A stretch of DNA of 61,865 bases, filler included, from Choristocarpus tenellus KU-1152 (Eukaryota > Protista > Phaeophyceae), in the NCBI GenBank assembly GCA_964200185.2. It is 9 parts of 9 records of this genome, joined end to end, with 100 filler letters (N's around TTAATTAATTAA, not from the genome) between each part and the next. Parts side by side here need not be neighbours in the genome. Positions count along the whole stretch, not along the records: positions 8,671 to 14,448 come from CAXNAD020009777.1; positions 14,549 to 19,774 come from CAXNAD020011434.1; positions 19,875 to 26,741 come from CAXNAD020007178.1; 6 more parts are not named here. One strand, given 5' to 3'. A model generated the notes under the pieces. The model made no database searches, was not told the origin of the DNA, and worked only from the letters and a program-made list of their open reading frames with translations. Shown here piece after piece: positions 13,682-26,467 of the stretch. The first letter of the stretch is position 1. Each line of letters opens with the position of its first letter. The position numbers and the translations under genes were made by a program.

Positions 13682-14448
13682 ATGCTAGGAGGACGAATCT
13701 TAAGAAAAAGGAGACCAGGCGGTATGCACTCAGAGCCTGAAGATGGGTGGGGCGGGAGGGACGAGGAACTGGTGGCTGAGCAAATCCCGAAGCGAAGGGT
13801 GGAGGCAACAAGCCGAACATCGATTTCCTTACGGTTGCAGGAAGAGACCTCTTCATTATCCGCCTGTGGTCCGATGAGGCCTCGCCCCCAGTGCCTGCAC
13901 CGCGGATGTACTATCATGCCTAGCTTTGGTGATGAAGTGGACAGGAAGGCGAGGTACTGTTACAGACATAAGTTGGATGCCATGATTAATGTGAAGGGTG
14001 TCCGCTGCCAGTACGGTGGATGTACCCGCCATCCCAGCTTTGGTAGAAAGGACGACAGGAGGGCGATGTACTGCTCTGGACATAAGCTCGATGGCATGGT
14101 GGATGTGCATAATGCCCGCTGCCAGCACGAAGGATGTGCCCTCGGACCCAGCTTCGGGCATGAGGTTGATAGGAAGGCGAGGTACTGCTCCAGCCATAAG
14201 TTGGATGGCATGGTGAATGTGAGAGGTTCCCGCTGCCAATACCAAGGATGCACCCGCCGGCCAAGCTTTGGTAGCGAGGAAGAAAGGAAGGCAGAGTATT
14301 GCTCTAGACATAAGCTTGATTACATGGTGAACGTGAATAGTGCCAGCTGCAGGCATACAGGATGCCTCCGTCAGCCTAGCTTCGGCAATGAGGGGGACCA
14401 CAAGGCGAGGTACTGCTCCGAACATAAACTGGATGGTATGGTAGATGT
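13682..14448 (+). CDS. EsV-1-7 cysteine-rich repeat protein (3'-truncated by contig end)
   Basis: Five tandem 38-aa (114-bp) repeats from 13892, consensus C-x3-GC-x3-PSFG-x4-(R/H)(K/R)A-x-YC-x2-HKLD-x-M(V/I)(N/D)V, i.e. C-x4-C-x16-C-x2-H, typical of the EsV-1-7 domain. Start codon uncertain. Confidence 0.9.
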
Positions 14449-14548
14449 NNNNNNNNNNNNNNNNNNNNNNNNNNNNNNNNNNNNNNNNNNNNTTAATTAA
14501 TTAANNNNNNNNNNNNNNNNNNNNNNNNNNNNNNNNNNNNNNNNNNNN

Positions 14549-16163
14549 CCCTCTTCCCGTACCTCCCCCTCCCCCCCCCCCAACTCTGCACCACTCTTTG
14601 CACTCCCTTGGTTCATGTCACCGGCATCCTTCTTGACAAACTTCTCAGCCCCGTACCCCACAGACTCCACCGCTAGAATCAGATCCTGCAATTGCACCCG
14701 AGGGGCCCACACCCATGCTCTCCCCTCGGCAAAGGATACCTTAGCCTTTGTCACCCCGGTGACACCTTCCAGTGCCTGCTGCACAGTGGAGCCGCAGTTC
14801 TTCTGGCACATCATACCCTCCACAGCAAGGACAGCATCTGGACTGATGCTAGCACCAAATCCCACTGATTCCACAGCGTCAACCAAATCGACTGCGCACA
14901 CCTCAGGGGTTGCCCAGACTCTGGCCTGCTTCTCCGCAAAGGATACATTGGCCTCAGTCACCCCGTGGACTGCTTCAAGGGCACCCTGCACGGTGGAGCC
15001 ACAGTTCTTCTGGCACATCATACCCTCAACATCAAGGACAAAGTCTGGCACCTTGCTGGCCTCGAAGCCGACTGACTCGACCGCTTCAATCAGGTGGGTC
15101 GCATTTAACCCCCCCCGTCCCCAAACCCTTGCCATCTTCTCAGGGAAGGAAACCTGTGCCTGAGTAACCCCAGGGACCGCTCCAAGCACCCGCTGCACAG
15201 TTGAGCCACAATTCTTCTGGCACATCATGCCCTCAATAGAGAGACAGATCGGAGTAGGGTTCTCTCTATCTTCACTACCCTCAAGAGAAGCAAAGGGGTT
15301 CATGGGCTCCTCAAGCGACTGTGGGCACTGTGACCGGTCTATGATCTTCTCTCCTGCTTGTACATTAGGAGGAAGAATCAAACAAAATATGCCCATAGAT
15401 GATAATGACATCAATCACAGCTGCTAGATTTTGCTACCTGGTAGTATGTATGTCTGACTGGGAAGAGAGAAAAGTGGTCTATAGAGCAGGGGAACAACAG
15501 CAAAATAGCATACATGTCCAGGTCAAAATGCAAACAATTTCCTTTCAAAGATAAAATTCCCTCTTGGTTGTGGGGACAAAAGAAGATGGTGGCAACAAGG
15601 TGCTGTACAAAAACACTTTAAAAAAAATGTACAGGGTTTTTCACAGCACCAGACACTAATACATAAATTATAAAAACATAGCTATCACACAAGATGTCCA
15701 GGGCTCCAGAACAACAGCATACAATGAGGATCCACACAACTGGGGGGGGAAAGTGCATAGGTACACCAATTGTAGTGCTAGAAAGTCAAACCAAGCCCTC
15801 CTGCCACATATCACCGTATTGTTCCGAACAGGTATGAAGAAAATAACCTCTGTGCCATAATTCTTTCCCTCTCATCTACTTCTGCAAAACATATCAAGCT
15901 CATTAATGTGCAATAGGGTGGAGTAGTCCATACATCCAAGCAGTTCCACTCTGGACCCACTCTACTCACCTGCAAACACTGGCTCAAACGACAGCCCTAG
16001 TCCAAGTCCTCCCAGCTCCACCACAAGATCGGCGGGATCGAATCCAGGGTGATCTGGGCAGGATGCCACCCTCACTTGATCCGCGTTTTGGTCGACGTCG
16101 ACTTCTCCAACCCCATTGCAGGCGGTGAGAGCAATTCGGATTGTGTCAGCGGTTGCAGCACCC
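14549..16163 (-). CDS. Heavy-metal-associated (HMA) repeat region, probably the N-terminus of a P1B copper-transporting ATPase
   Basis: Exon 16163-15970 (degenerate HMA lacking the Cys motif) splices in phase to exon 15353-14549, which has three HMA domains (L.[IV]EGMMCQKNCGSTVQ..L..V.GVT.A.VSF...AVESVG[FY]). The ATPase core is absent (contig end), so that assignment is inference. Confidence 0.8.
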
Positions 16164-17439
16164 CTAGGTTTCCCAAACGTTAAATAGACGCAGGCGGACA
16201 AGGATGACGAGGGGCGAAATCGTACAGCAGAAAAGGGTAAGTGCAGTGCTTAGTAATGGGGTTGGTTCAGCGCCTGCTGACTTCAGTAGGCGACCTTGGA
16301 GGGGATGAATAAATGCTTGGGAATACGTACAATGTGGATGTACTGACCAGCCTACTACTCTGAATATATCTTTCCCAATATCATATCGTCTAGGCTCGAC
16401 AGCGATAGCTTGCTCCTTTGTTGCTAAAGGATCGAAGAGTCAACGCGCTTTTAGGCACAAACTATTGTCATCTGCAGCAAAATAGTGTAGCACGTATACA
16501 ACAACGTAACAATGACACCATTATCCCTGACTAGCCAGAGCTCTATGTCGTCGAAGGCAACCAGTCCCAACGAGGGCAGCCAAAAAGCAAAACGTATATT
16601 TTGTCCGACGTATAAAGTCGTGCGTAAGATAAGGTGTTTGGGTATGAAGGGTAAAACTTTGAAGAAACTGTTGAGTACTTCACGAAGAGCACAGCAATAT
16701 CTTGATTTCCAATTTAATAGCTCTTCCTGGTAGGTTTGCAATGCCAGCAGAGTGCTCGGACCGAGACAGAGTGGGCCAAACCCATGTTCCAACTCACTTT
16801 TGGCATACTTTTCCAAGACCCGGACACGCGATCGTCACAGAGTGAGTCCTCATGCCTCCACCAAGCTTAGATATTGATACAGAATGGACCGGATAACAAT
16901 AAGCACGAAGAGGTTCGCACTGTGACAGGTTCCATCCAAAGCGATCCTGTCTACACAAGTGGGTAATGGATAGTTGTGTAACTTGCAAGTCGGGATAATC
17001 CTAGCTGTGGTGTGTAGTAGGGGTTGTATTACCCAATTGTTTGTTTTTGTATGATCAACGACTATCCCGCGGGGTTTCAAGATATGTCACGATATTGTTT
17101 AGATGAACAATTTTCTCCATTATTCTCTCCTTTTTCGTGATTTGTTTCTTGAACTCATTCATTATTTTAAAAAATACTATAATATCAAATAATAATATCA
17201 AATCATTTCTGTAATATTTGATGTTATTTAATACCTCTAGTGAGAGAAACAAAAGTTCTGAAATTCAATTATGTTTGTGCCTGTACACCATGAAGAAGAA
17301 AAAAGAGTTGATACTGTACCGGGGCGCAGGAGTAGGTAGGTATATGGGAGGCACAGGAAGGCAGTAGCACAATATTGATAGTGGTGAAGTAACTGATAGA
17401 TTAGTGGTTTTCACACTACTTACAGTGTTTTATAGTGTT

Positions 17440-17740
17440 TTCGCATTTATGATATTTTATTTCTTCAGGGCTTATACTGACATATGTATAGATTTCATTT
17501 GTTTTCCCCCAGACACATCTGCAAAATGTCAGAGGGCATAATAATATAAATACTGTAGGATGTCCATGATATTGTACCAGGAGAGTGGCGATATTTGATT
17601 TGGTAATTAAATAGTAAATGGATTATAGAGATATACCTTTCACATTTTGACAACTATTACTTTTACAGGGGTTCATATGATCCAGCATTAGGTTTTCCCC
17701 TGACTCGTATGCAAGATGTCAGAGGGCAAAATAATATATA
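17440..17740. repeat. Dispersed/tandem repeat family (gacacatctgcaaaatgtcagagggc core), two tandem units
   Basis: Core near 17511-17550 and 17702-17740; also inverted at ~19555-19680 and ~21155-21230, and twice at 30408-30540. Confidence 0.7.
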
Positions 17741-17769
17741 ATGTGATCGTCCATAGTTGGGTACTTAGG

Positions 17770-18135
17770 GATGGTGGTTCAGTTCCCTATCGGTTCAAAG
17801 GCCTTCTCCTGGACGCTGTTTTGGGTAAGCCCAAGCAGCCTCGCATCTGCCCCACTCATCCACCAGCAATGGTGTAGCTGCTGCTGCAGTCAAGATGCGA
17901 AATCACATCCACCACTCGTAGTTTTAGTCTCAACACCCTTGAGCTAGAAACTTTTGAGCGTCATGGTAAGCAAGCAGAAGGTTTCTTTGATGAGTTAGCC
18001 ACATGCACAGTGGGGGGGAGAGGGGTGAAAGGTTATACCAGGAAAGGGGCTGTCAAGTCCCGCTTGCGACAGATAGTGTTCGTCACTGCACAAGCGGTAC
18101 TCTCGAGATGCGCCATGCATTTCCAGGTAGAGATG
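17770..18135 (+). mobile_element. Degenerate 3' end of a non-LTR retrotransposon (restriction-like endonuclease clade, CRE/R2-like)
   Basis: Frameshifted translation KGLLLDA...SSTSNGVAAAA...LELETFERHGKQAEGFFDELAT...RKGAVKSRLRQIVFVTAQAVLSR resembles the C-terminal RLE region (E.FGR.G..A..F) as I recall it. Confidence 0.55.
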
Positions 18136-18180
18136 CCAGGCAGATGGGCAAGAAGTGACCTATCAGATTCTTGAATTACT

Positions 18181-18282
18181 GGCTCAAAGTGTCTAGGGGG
18201 GGTGGCGGCTGTCCATTTGGTTCCATTTTTCCATGATGCGATTTTTGAGTGATTTGGTTGCATGCGTCAGATGAATAATGTA
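18181..18282. mobile_element. MITE family A, half copy
   Basis: ggctcaaagtgtctaggggg then internal sequence matching the 8905 copy for ~100 bp. Confidence 0.75.
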
Positions 18283-18294
18283 TGGTGTCTCTTA

Positions 18295-18445
18295 GCTTAA
18301 AGCGCATAACTCGTCTTGAGAGAGCCGCTTGTGTAGCGACGGACACTATCTGTCGTAAGCGGGACTTGGCAGCCCCTTTCCTGCTATAACCTCACCGTCT
18401 CGCCCCACTCCATGTGTAACCAACTCATCAAAAAACCTTTCTGAT
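18295..18445 (-). mobile_element. Second, inverted fragment of the same retrotransposon 3' end
   Basis: Reverse complement aligns with ~17975-18130 (aggaaaggggctg.caagtcccgctt.cgacagatagtgt). Confidence 0.6.
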
Positions 18446-19162
18446 ATCATTTTTTCTCGGTGAATCCAGATTTTTCCAAATTAGTAGGCACCCGCGAAAT
18501 ATATGCTTCTATTTAAACACATCAACGCATACATGAACCAAACAATATTAATAAAATAGTGCTCCTGTCAGGGACAGGTCCCTTTTTTGCGATGTCCCAC
18601 ACACATTTTGGGGATATGACTCCCGTCCATATACATATGCGCGCACCAACCACGTCATCGAACTGCCCATGTGGACCAGTCCACAAAACCAGACACACAA
18701 TCATATAATCCAGATTTGACCAAACAGTCAGAAGGACTATCAGAACGAAGATTCACTCCGATTCTGACTTATCTATTTTCCTGCTGTGACATTGCTTGGT
18801 CATTCTGTGACATCTGTTGTGCACTAAGGTTTTGGTTCTGTTCTGGGTTCCTCAGCTGACGTTGGGATGCTGGGTCAAGACCTGTGAAACTCGGTCTCAC
18901 CCTCTGAGGTGGAAGAGTTCAGTCTGGCGATTGCCCCCTTTTACTTAGAGCTTTGGCACCTTGACACTTCCACAGTGGTATTCACGCCGAGTGTTCAAGG
19001 GGGTTAACACGCTTTCACATTATGTCTGACCAAACCGAGATGTACGAGACACAGAGAAGTGGGACCACATCAAACCCCAATTCCAATTCCACATCCACTT
19101 CCACCAGCAAAGACAAACCTCCGCAAGGAAAGGGAAGAACAAAATAACTACCAGCGCCCCAA

Positions 19163-19323
19163 GGGACAAAGTATCTGGGGGGGGGTATCGGCGTCCGTTT
19201 TTCACCCTTTTGGTGTGATTTGGTCACACGTGTCGGATTTGAAATGTCAGCATAAAAAAGAGTTGTTTGACCGAAAAGTACGCCCCCTCACAAACCACCC
19301 CCCTCCCCCAGATACTTTGACCC
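19163..19323. mobile_element. MITE family C, full length, CCAA TSD
   Basis: ccaa|gggacaaagtatctggggg...cccccagatactttgaccc|ccaa; interior differs from families A and B. Confidence 0.8.
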
Positions 19324-19703
19324 CCAACTGAAGGAGGTAAAGAGAGGGATACTACTAACACCCAACCTCTACCGGCTCCTGCGCCTACACCTGTAGACAA
19401 AGGCACCCCTGGTGGCTCGGTTGAGCAGGAAGGGGTGACGGAGCCTTGACACTTCCACACTCCGTAAAAAATAGTATGATAGTATGCGGATTACTATAAA
19501 TACCATTTACAATATAAATACCTACAATGTTTGAACTATTTTCAGTGTTTATGTAAATATTATTATGCCCTCTGACATTTTGGAGATGTGTCAGGAGAAA
19601 AAACATTGAAAAACCATTCAAATGTCAGAATAACCCCTGAAAAAGTAACAGTTATCGCAAATTTGAAAAACATTTTCTCTCATCCATTTGGCTCAAAGTA
19701 TCT

Positions 19704-19737
<34 letters not shown>

Positions 19738-21505
19738 CGGCGTCGGTGACGACCAACCCTTTTTTTTTGCGTGTNNNNNNNNNNNNNNNNNNNNNNNNNN
19801 NNNNNNNNNNNNNNNNNNTTAATTAATTAANNNNNNNNNNNNNNNNNNNNNNNNNNNNNNNNNNNNNNNNNNNNCCTCCCCCCCAGATACTTTGACCCTT
19901 AAGATAAAGAGATAAATTATATAATTTACTATCCTGAGCATTCACATCAACTTCTCTTTTTCAAGGTATGGTGAACGCAAGTGTGGAGATGAAAAAAGAG
20001 GGGCATGGTGATCTTTCACTCCTGCTTGCCAAGAAGGATAAACCCTGACCACCTTGTAGAGTCTCCAAATTCCACACCTGATCTAGATGTATCTGCTAAT
20101 AATGCAGCAGTATTCAACAAAGCGTCAAAATCTTTGGATGGGCTAGGCAGAGATCGGATGATAGCCTGTGGGATTGAGGGTAGGGCAGCAAGGTTGAACA
20201 CGCACATGGCTAAGCAGTAGAATAATTTGATGGAGGTCAGATCTTTGGCAGATAGAATGTTGATGACAAAAAGGGTCAGTTAACTTATCTGTCCAGTGCT
20301 TCAAGTCTGGTTTGATGTAGCCTGGAGTGCTGAAACCACCAGCGTGTAGGTCCAGGAGTTTGCCGGATGTGAAGTCCAATAGAATTTCCTCCACTGCCTG
20401 TTGGTGGAGGTACTTGCCCAAAGTATGTTCCTTGGGTTTGCAGCTCTCATCCATGACTACGAACGAGTTGCCAGACTGGAGTACCTGTTCCTGAGTCGAA
20501 CCCTGACCATCCCGTCTTTCTCAACGGAGCCATCTACAGTGCCGGCAACCGAACTAGTTATCGGAATATTGGTGTTTCCCTCTTATGTCCGTATCGGAGT
20601 GTGTGCTGTCTCAACTTGGCCAGTGGTCTTCCCACTACCCTTCTGGTTCTTGTCTATCTTCTTGTCTTGGCCTACTTCTTTGGTTGAGATGTCCATGATA
20701 AGGATTCCTCATGATTTCTTTCCCCTAAGACTATTGGCGTGACTACCGCTGTTGTCTGGTAGCGTCCAATCAATTGTGGTGGGTGCTCACAATCACCCGT
20801 TGTGGAAAAAAGGGATTTGCTTCCGCAAACCCTGACGTCTCACTCACTTCACATACGTAGATACTGGATATTGAACGTTGATGGAGGTTGCTAGTATTTC
20901 AGTGGGTCACAATATGGATCTTAATTTAATCTCCAACTTATGCGTACCATTGCAGTTTTGCCCATATTCTCAATCAGTTGAAACATGTGAGTATTTATTT
21001 TATTTATCTAGTTCGTTCGATAGAATTGTAGTAGTTTACCTCTTCATTCACCTTAGTTCCATAAGAAAAGGATTAGCCGACATCTTGAAATAGACGAGAG
21101 TTTTTTGTTTGGCAAATGGTTCTCATCTTGTATTATTTTATTATTATTTTCATAACTGTGACATTTTGGAGATGTGCGACAAGAAAAAACAATAAAAACT
21201 ATTTATATGTCAGAAAACCCATAAAAAGAAATAGTTGTTGTTTAGTAATATTGTTGTAGAAATACAACCTATTCAAGAAAGAGACTAATAGAAGAAAATA
21301 TCTCTATAGAAGATCTCCTTTACCATCCGCGCGCGTAACGCCCACTACGCGCATTTCAAAGTTCATACTGCAACTTCACTGAGAGTCCAACAATAGTGAG
21401 TTTTGTTTTCTCCTTACCATCTCTCGGTTTATGGGATCATCCGCAGCCCCAAAGAGCGATTGCTGGGGTGGCTAGTGATTGTGTAGTGTGTCCTCTGATA
21501 GAACC

Positions 21506-24500
21506 ATGAGGAGAGCGCTGCAAGATATGTTAATGTCCCCTATTAGGGCCCTTTTGATGAGGGCGCTGCAAACACAGCTCTCGAAGTACATCCACAACAT
21601 TGAGCTGGAGGGGCTTGGCCTTTTAGGGAGGGACATTATATTGGAGAACCTCGAAATACGAAAGGATGTGTTGCAAGAGAGTCTCCGTATTCCTACGGAC
21701 TATGACTTTTCCAGGTTAGTGACTCTTCTGCTCGGTTCCTCTGCAATTGGGCACGTGTTCCATAACGAAGAGCCCCATCTCGCCAAACTCAACTTGTCAA
21801 GTTGGGGGCAACTGTGCTCTGATATATTCCTTGGGGGTTGAATTTCATGGTTTAACTACGGTATATGCGCTCCCCAATTCACTACAGGTATCAGTAGAGA
21901 CAACATTTCATTTCATGGTAACACTTGGCCTTCTCTATGACCCCTTCCTCCCACCTTGTTGTTGAAACAATATTTCCAAGGGGCTTTATCAAGCAGCTGC
22001 GAATACAAATACCCTGGACACGCCTTCCGTCCAGGCCAGTCGAGATTAAATTCCACACAATCGAGATAATCATTGTCCCAACGACGCAGGCTGAACCCAG
22101 GAACGGCAGTCCATGGTTGCAAAAGAAGAGAAGTATGCATAGGTGCGTCCCATACTTCGTTGCACGTCTCGATGACCCCAGTGTTCAGAATAATATCAAT
22201 GTTGTTTCTGAAGTATTGCTTGGTCGATTTATGTCGCCGCTCTCACCATGAAAAGTATGTAGATACTAATTCATCTCAAGGGAAAAAGCTAACATACCTC
22301 AATTTGGCAACTCCAACATTTGGCTACCTATGCAAGCGTGAGGCCAACTAACTCTTAGTATTCAAATATTGGTGCTCCTTCGGGCACTTAAAGCAGGAAG
22401 CACGTGGTTCCTTCATTTCGGTTGCAATGAGACAGTTTTATTTCGACTGGTGGTAGTGCTACCTCTATTTTGGAGGTGGAGGTTGGTCAGGAACCATTGC
22501 TTGTCTCGCTACCCTTGGTTGATGTCACATTTGCCTGGTTTGCTCATCATTTCCTGGTGGCACGAGATTGATTTCACACCGATTGTACATTAGAAGACCT
22601 TGGCTGGAGCAACTATGATCTCTCAGGTATCTTTGCAGTGGTGTACAAGACATGAAAATGCATGTGTGTTACGTGTTTGCGCTGGAATATTGTAGGGATC
22701 ATTCTGTAGAAGTTGTGCTCATGAAAGGAAGTGTGGGCCCTTCCATTTCTAGAAGGCCCCAAGAATATGATTACCTCCCAAAAGGGTGGCGTCATTAGCC
22801 TCAAAAGAACCGTATAGTGGTTCTTCCTGGACCACTCCCCCACCCCCCACCCGTTGATGACATCCCACACCATTCCTTTCTGTTGCAGTAAGGGAGAAGA
22901 ACTCACTCCTTTATCAGCCACTCCAGGGTGGATGCAACTCCTGCTGGCCAAGGTGCTGGCTAATATGTCTGTTTCGGTGAGAATTATTGCCCATTCCAAG
23001 TACCTGGTTGAGTTGTAGAGGTTTGGGACCAACTCAGACATAGCCCTCAACAAACAACCTGAAGTAGTTAAACATCCTGTATGGTGGATTTATATGCAGA
23101 AGCCCATTCTGCAATTGTGCTGACCCTGTAATATTTTCCTGTGTTGAATTTATTTCTGCTGTAGCAATTGTAGTTTGTGTAAGGTCAGATTCTACCTGGT
23201 GTGCTGCATCTGTATTTTTGAAGATTCCTCCTGTTGTTGCATATCTCCTCTCCATAGTAGCCTCTCTGCAATGACCCAACCCTGGGTCACACATATTACT
23301 GATTGCAGCAGAGTGTGAATATAATTAATCTAGGTCAAACATCCTCTTGGGTGTGTTAATTTTGAACTACTCCCCTTCTTGTAACACTGTGCTCATCTGC
23401 AAGGTGTCAAATTTGGTTCTCAAGTATGAGGATGGTGATGTTGTTCTATCAGCAGCCCTCAAGGTGAGACTGCTTTCCCCCCTCTCCCATGCTGCCAAGG
23501 TCACCATTGGTGGTGTCCTTTCTAGGTTGCATGGTATAACCAATACTTGGTAATGTTTGGTAGGACCAATATTGCCGTGATTGCCTCTTCCAGGCTGGTT
23601 ATCACCTTTGAACCTCCCTTCCCATCCTGGTTTTGAGTCTTTAGTGCCAGCCTTGTTATGTTTAGGGGTTGGGGGGTACCCCAGACGATGCATCTACCGC
23701 GATTAGATAAATCCCTTCTCTCTCCTCTTCCCTCTTTCCACTGCATACCATAAAAGTTTTCTTTTTTTCCCCAAGTATTTGTCGCCTTCCCCTGAAGCAC
23801 AATAAAGTGTTCACGGCACCTCCCCCCCTAACATATGCTGCTGATATCTCACTGGATGGTGGGATGGAAACGACTTTGGCTCTCCAATATGAAATTAAAG
23901 TCACTCCAGTGCTTTTCTGCAGACCCTGAAGAAAGGTGGATGCCAGCCTTTGCTGACCTGGATGATCCCCTTGGACTCTTGCACAAAATGGTTAGAGCAA
24001 GCGATCTTACAGTTTGCCTGGACAGGTACTGTGCTCCTACCCCTGGTGGACGTCGAAGGGTACAAGCTTTCGAGGTATGCTGTGCTGTGCTGTGTTGTGC
24101 TGGGTTGGACCTTGAGAAGGAGTTTTTTTTTTTGCCCTTACCCAGGCACTATTCTTATAATATCTGGTCCCTTTTTCGGATCATTCGATGGCGTTTCTCA
24201 TCACATCTCCCGAAACACTACACTTATTGTATTACCTAAACGCAACTACATGTACTCTCCCAGTAGGCTACTGGGATTCTTTTTGTTGAATACCAAGGCA
24301 TGAGAGCTTGCTGGCAAAACCTACCGTACAAAGGGGATAGCGTGCCGAAAATTCAACACCCGGAATGATAGCAGCGCAAACTTGACCTTATGAACCCCCC
24401 CTTCCCTCGGTCCAAGATGTGTGCATTGCATGAATCTGTCGTCTTTAGAGTCCATCCATCCTCACTACAAGCTCATGTGTGAGCCATTATCTCCCCTCCC

Positions 24501-26467
24501 TGTCCCAGGTACCATTGCTAAACCGAGCGTCCTTTGATGTACGCCTGCTAGCAAGTGTGTGGCTTGTTGTGCCAAGAGCAGGTGACGATGGTGGTGGCAG
24601 TGGAGGTAGTAGTGGTGGGGTGGGAGATGGCCATGCTGGGACGGACTCTGGAGCTTCTGAGGATGATGAGGCAGCAGAAGTGGTCCTATCAGCAGGGTCG
24701 GTGGAAGGTGGGGGAGTAGAGGCTGTGCTCTTGGCTATGAAGGTATGTTGTGATGACCTTGACTGTTGAGTTTTGACATTATTGGGGAAATGGAGGAGGT
24801 TGCACGACCAAGCTGTCCTATTTTTGAGTCTGTTTCACGGGCACCAGACTATTAGTGGTTGGTTACATTGAAATTCAACGGTGCGTACATCTCTAACTGG
24901 TATTGTGATCACACAGCAATGATAGATGGAGCTTTCCTTGTTTGAGAATAAGCGTTGAACCAAGTTTGAACGCTTTGTTTAGTGTAGGCAGTGAACAGCA
25001 AGAAGTCCGCTTTGAAAGACATGAACACTGAGTAGGTAGTGACTGTGAGGTAGCGGGATTCTTGTGTGCGTTGGATGGAATAATGTCTCTCATGTGTTGA
25101 GATTGGTACTTTGGAGATCTCTCCACTGTGCTGGAAATGCGATTCTATAAACTAGTACTTGGTACTAGTATGCAAATCATGGTACTTGTAGCATGACACA
25201 CAAAAGACAGTCGAATGTACCGCGTGATGTCATTTTTTGTTGAGTGTAGATCTCAGAACAGAGGGCAATTTAATGCCATTTTCAACACAACTGAATGTAC
25301 TTGTATCTGTACTATCTAATGCCGGTGGGCAGTAACATACCCATTTCCCAAAGGACACAAAGCGTAGAATTCTCGCCAACTGGTCTATAATACTGTGGCA
25401 ACATTCCAGACAACGCACATACATACATATATATATATTTGAAGTAAAAGCATGTCAAAGCATGGACACATCACCTGATTTGTTACTGTGCACTGTTTGT
25501 AAGGCATTCATTGGCTCTTTGATAGCACATGAAGTAGATTATTGTTCATCTGCTAAAGTTCTACTATACCCCTAGGTCTTTCCTGTCTAAGCGTACCAGA
25601 CAGAGTTTGAAATTATGTATTTTATCGATTGTGTTATTATCAGCAAGTGATGCACTGATTTCCCTTGACTACTTGACAGTCAACCAACACCAGTGCTAGG
25701 TGATGTTGACAAGAACCTTTTCAATGTGGGTACTCCTATGATGGGGTATACTACAGAATTTCCCATGTCAATGTACATAACGATATGTCCTTCACTTTGA
25801 ACATTCTTCTCTGTAATTCATAGAAGTGTGCACTTTAATTAATTGAAGCACGGAGTACTCTGTAGAGTAAGTAAATTGTGCCTGCTACCCTCTTGGTATA
25901 CTTTTGACAGCGCAATTACCCCCCCCCACCCTCCCAACCTGCTTCTTACTTCATTCATACATGTCTGATACAAAACCTTTGTATTACATAGACGCCTCCC
26001 TCTTCTCAGGGAGGCTCTTGCAGACTAGGCACGGGTCTTCTAGACCAGCCAGCAAACAGGGAGGGCAGGCAACCAGAGACAACTCCTGCTTCCTCCGCTG
26101 CTGCTGCTGGGACTGCTGCAGCTGCCACAGAGTTTTGTGCTAGGTGGCCCCAGGGCAAGCCCAGCTTTCCAAACAGACTCTCCTCCATAAATTCTGCTTG
26201 CCAGATGATCCATGAGGGATGGACACGCAGGGCTTCTGCCACGCACTCGCCTTTCTACGATGGTGAAAAGGTTTGGAGTAGAGATGAGGCTTGTGAGGGA
26301 CTTGACAAGGACACTGCTTCAACTGGTCTGGCTTCTGGTGGGGTTGGCGGCGGGGGAAAATATGTGGTGGGGGCAGGGGCAGGAGAGGACCTAGATGCAC
26401 ATTGGATGATGCCCACACCGATTATGGTGGCAGATATCCTTGTGACCAATCTGCACTTTTCTTTGAG
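21506..26467 (+). CDS. VPS13B: VPS13B/COH1-like lipid transfer protein, N-terminal chorein region (partial)
   Basis: Phase-consistent exons 21506-21714, 21981-22142, 22889-22976, 23404-23463, 23901-24074, 24509-24742, 26010-26467. Chorein_N motifs LSKYIHNI...L.NLE, G.IKQLRIQIPWT.L...PVEI. VPS13B-type motifs VSNLVLKYEDGDVVLS, DLTVCLD, PLLNRASF. Confidence 0.85.

Noticed and set aside
13856-15163. Long antisense ORFs (13856-14425, 14615-15163)
   Set aside because: Shadows of the real repeat-coding genes on the opposite strand.
16545-16842. Possible two-exon gene start (MSSKATSPNEG...) divergent from the HMA gene
   Set aside because: Plausible splice sites, but no recognisable product or downstream exons.
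20005-20750. Coding-like stretch upstream of VPS13B
   Set aside because: Interrupted by stops, and I could not recognise a family or build an exon model.
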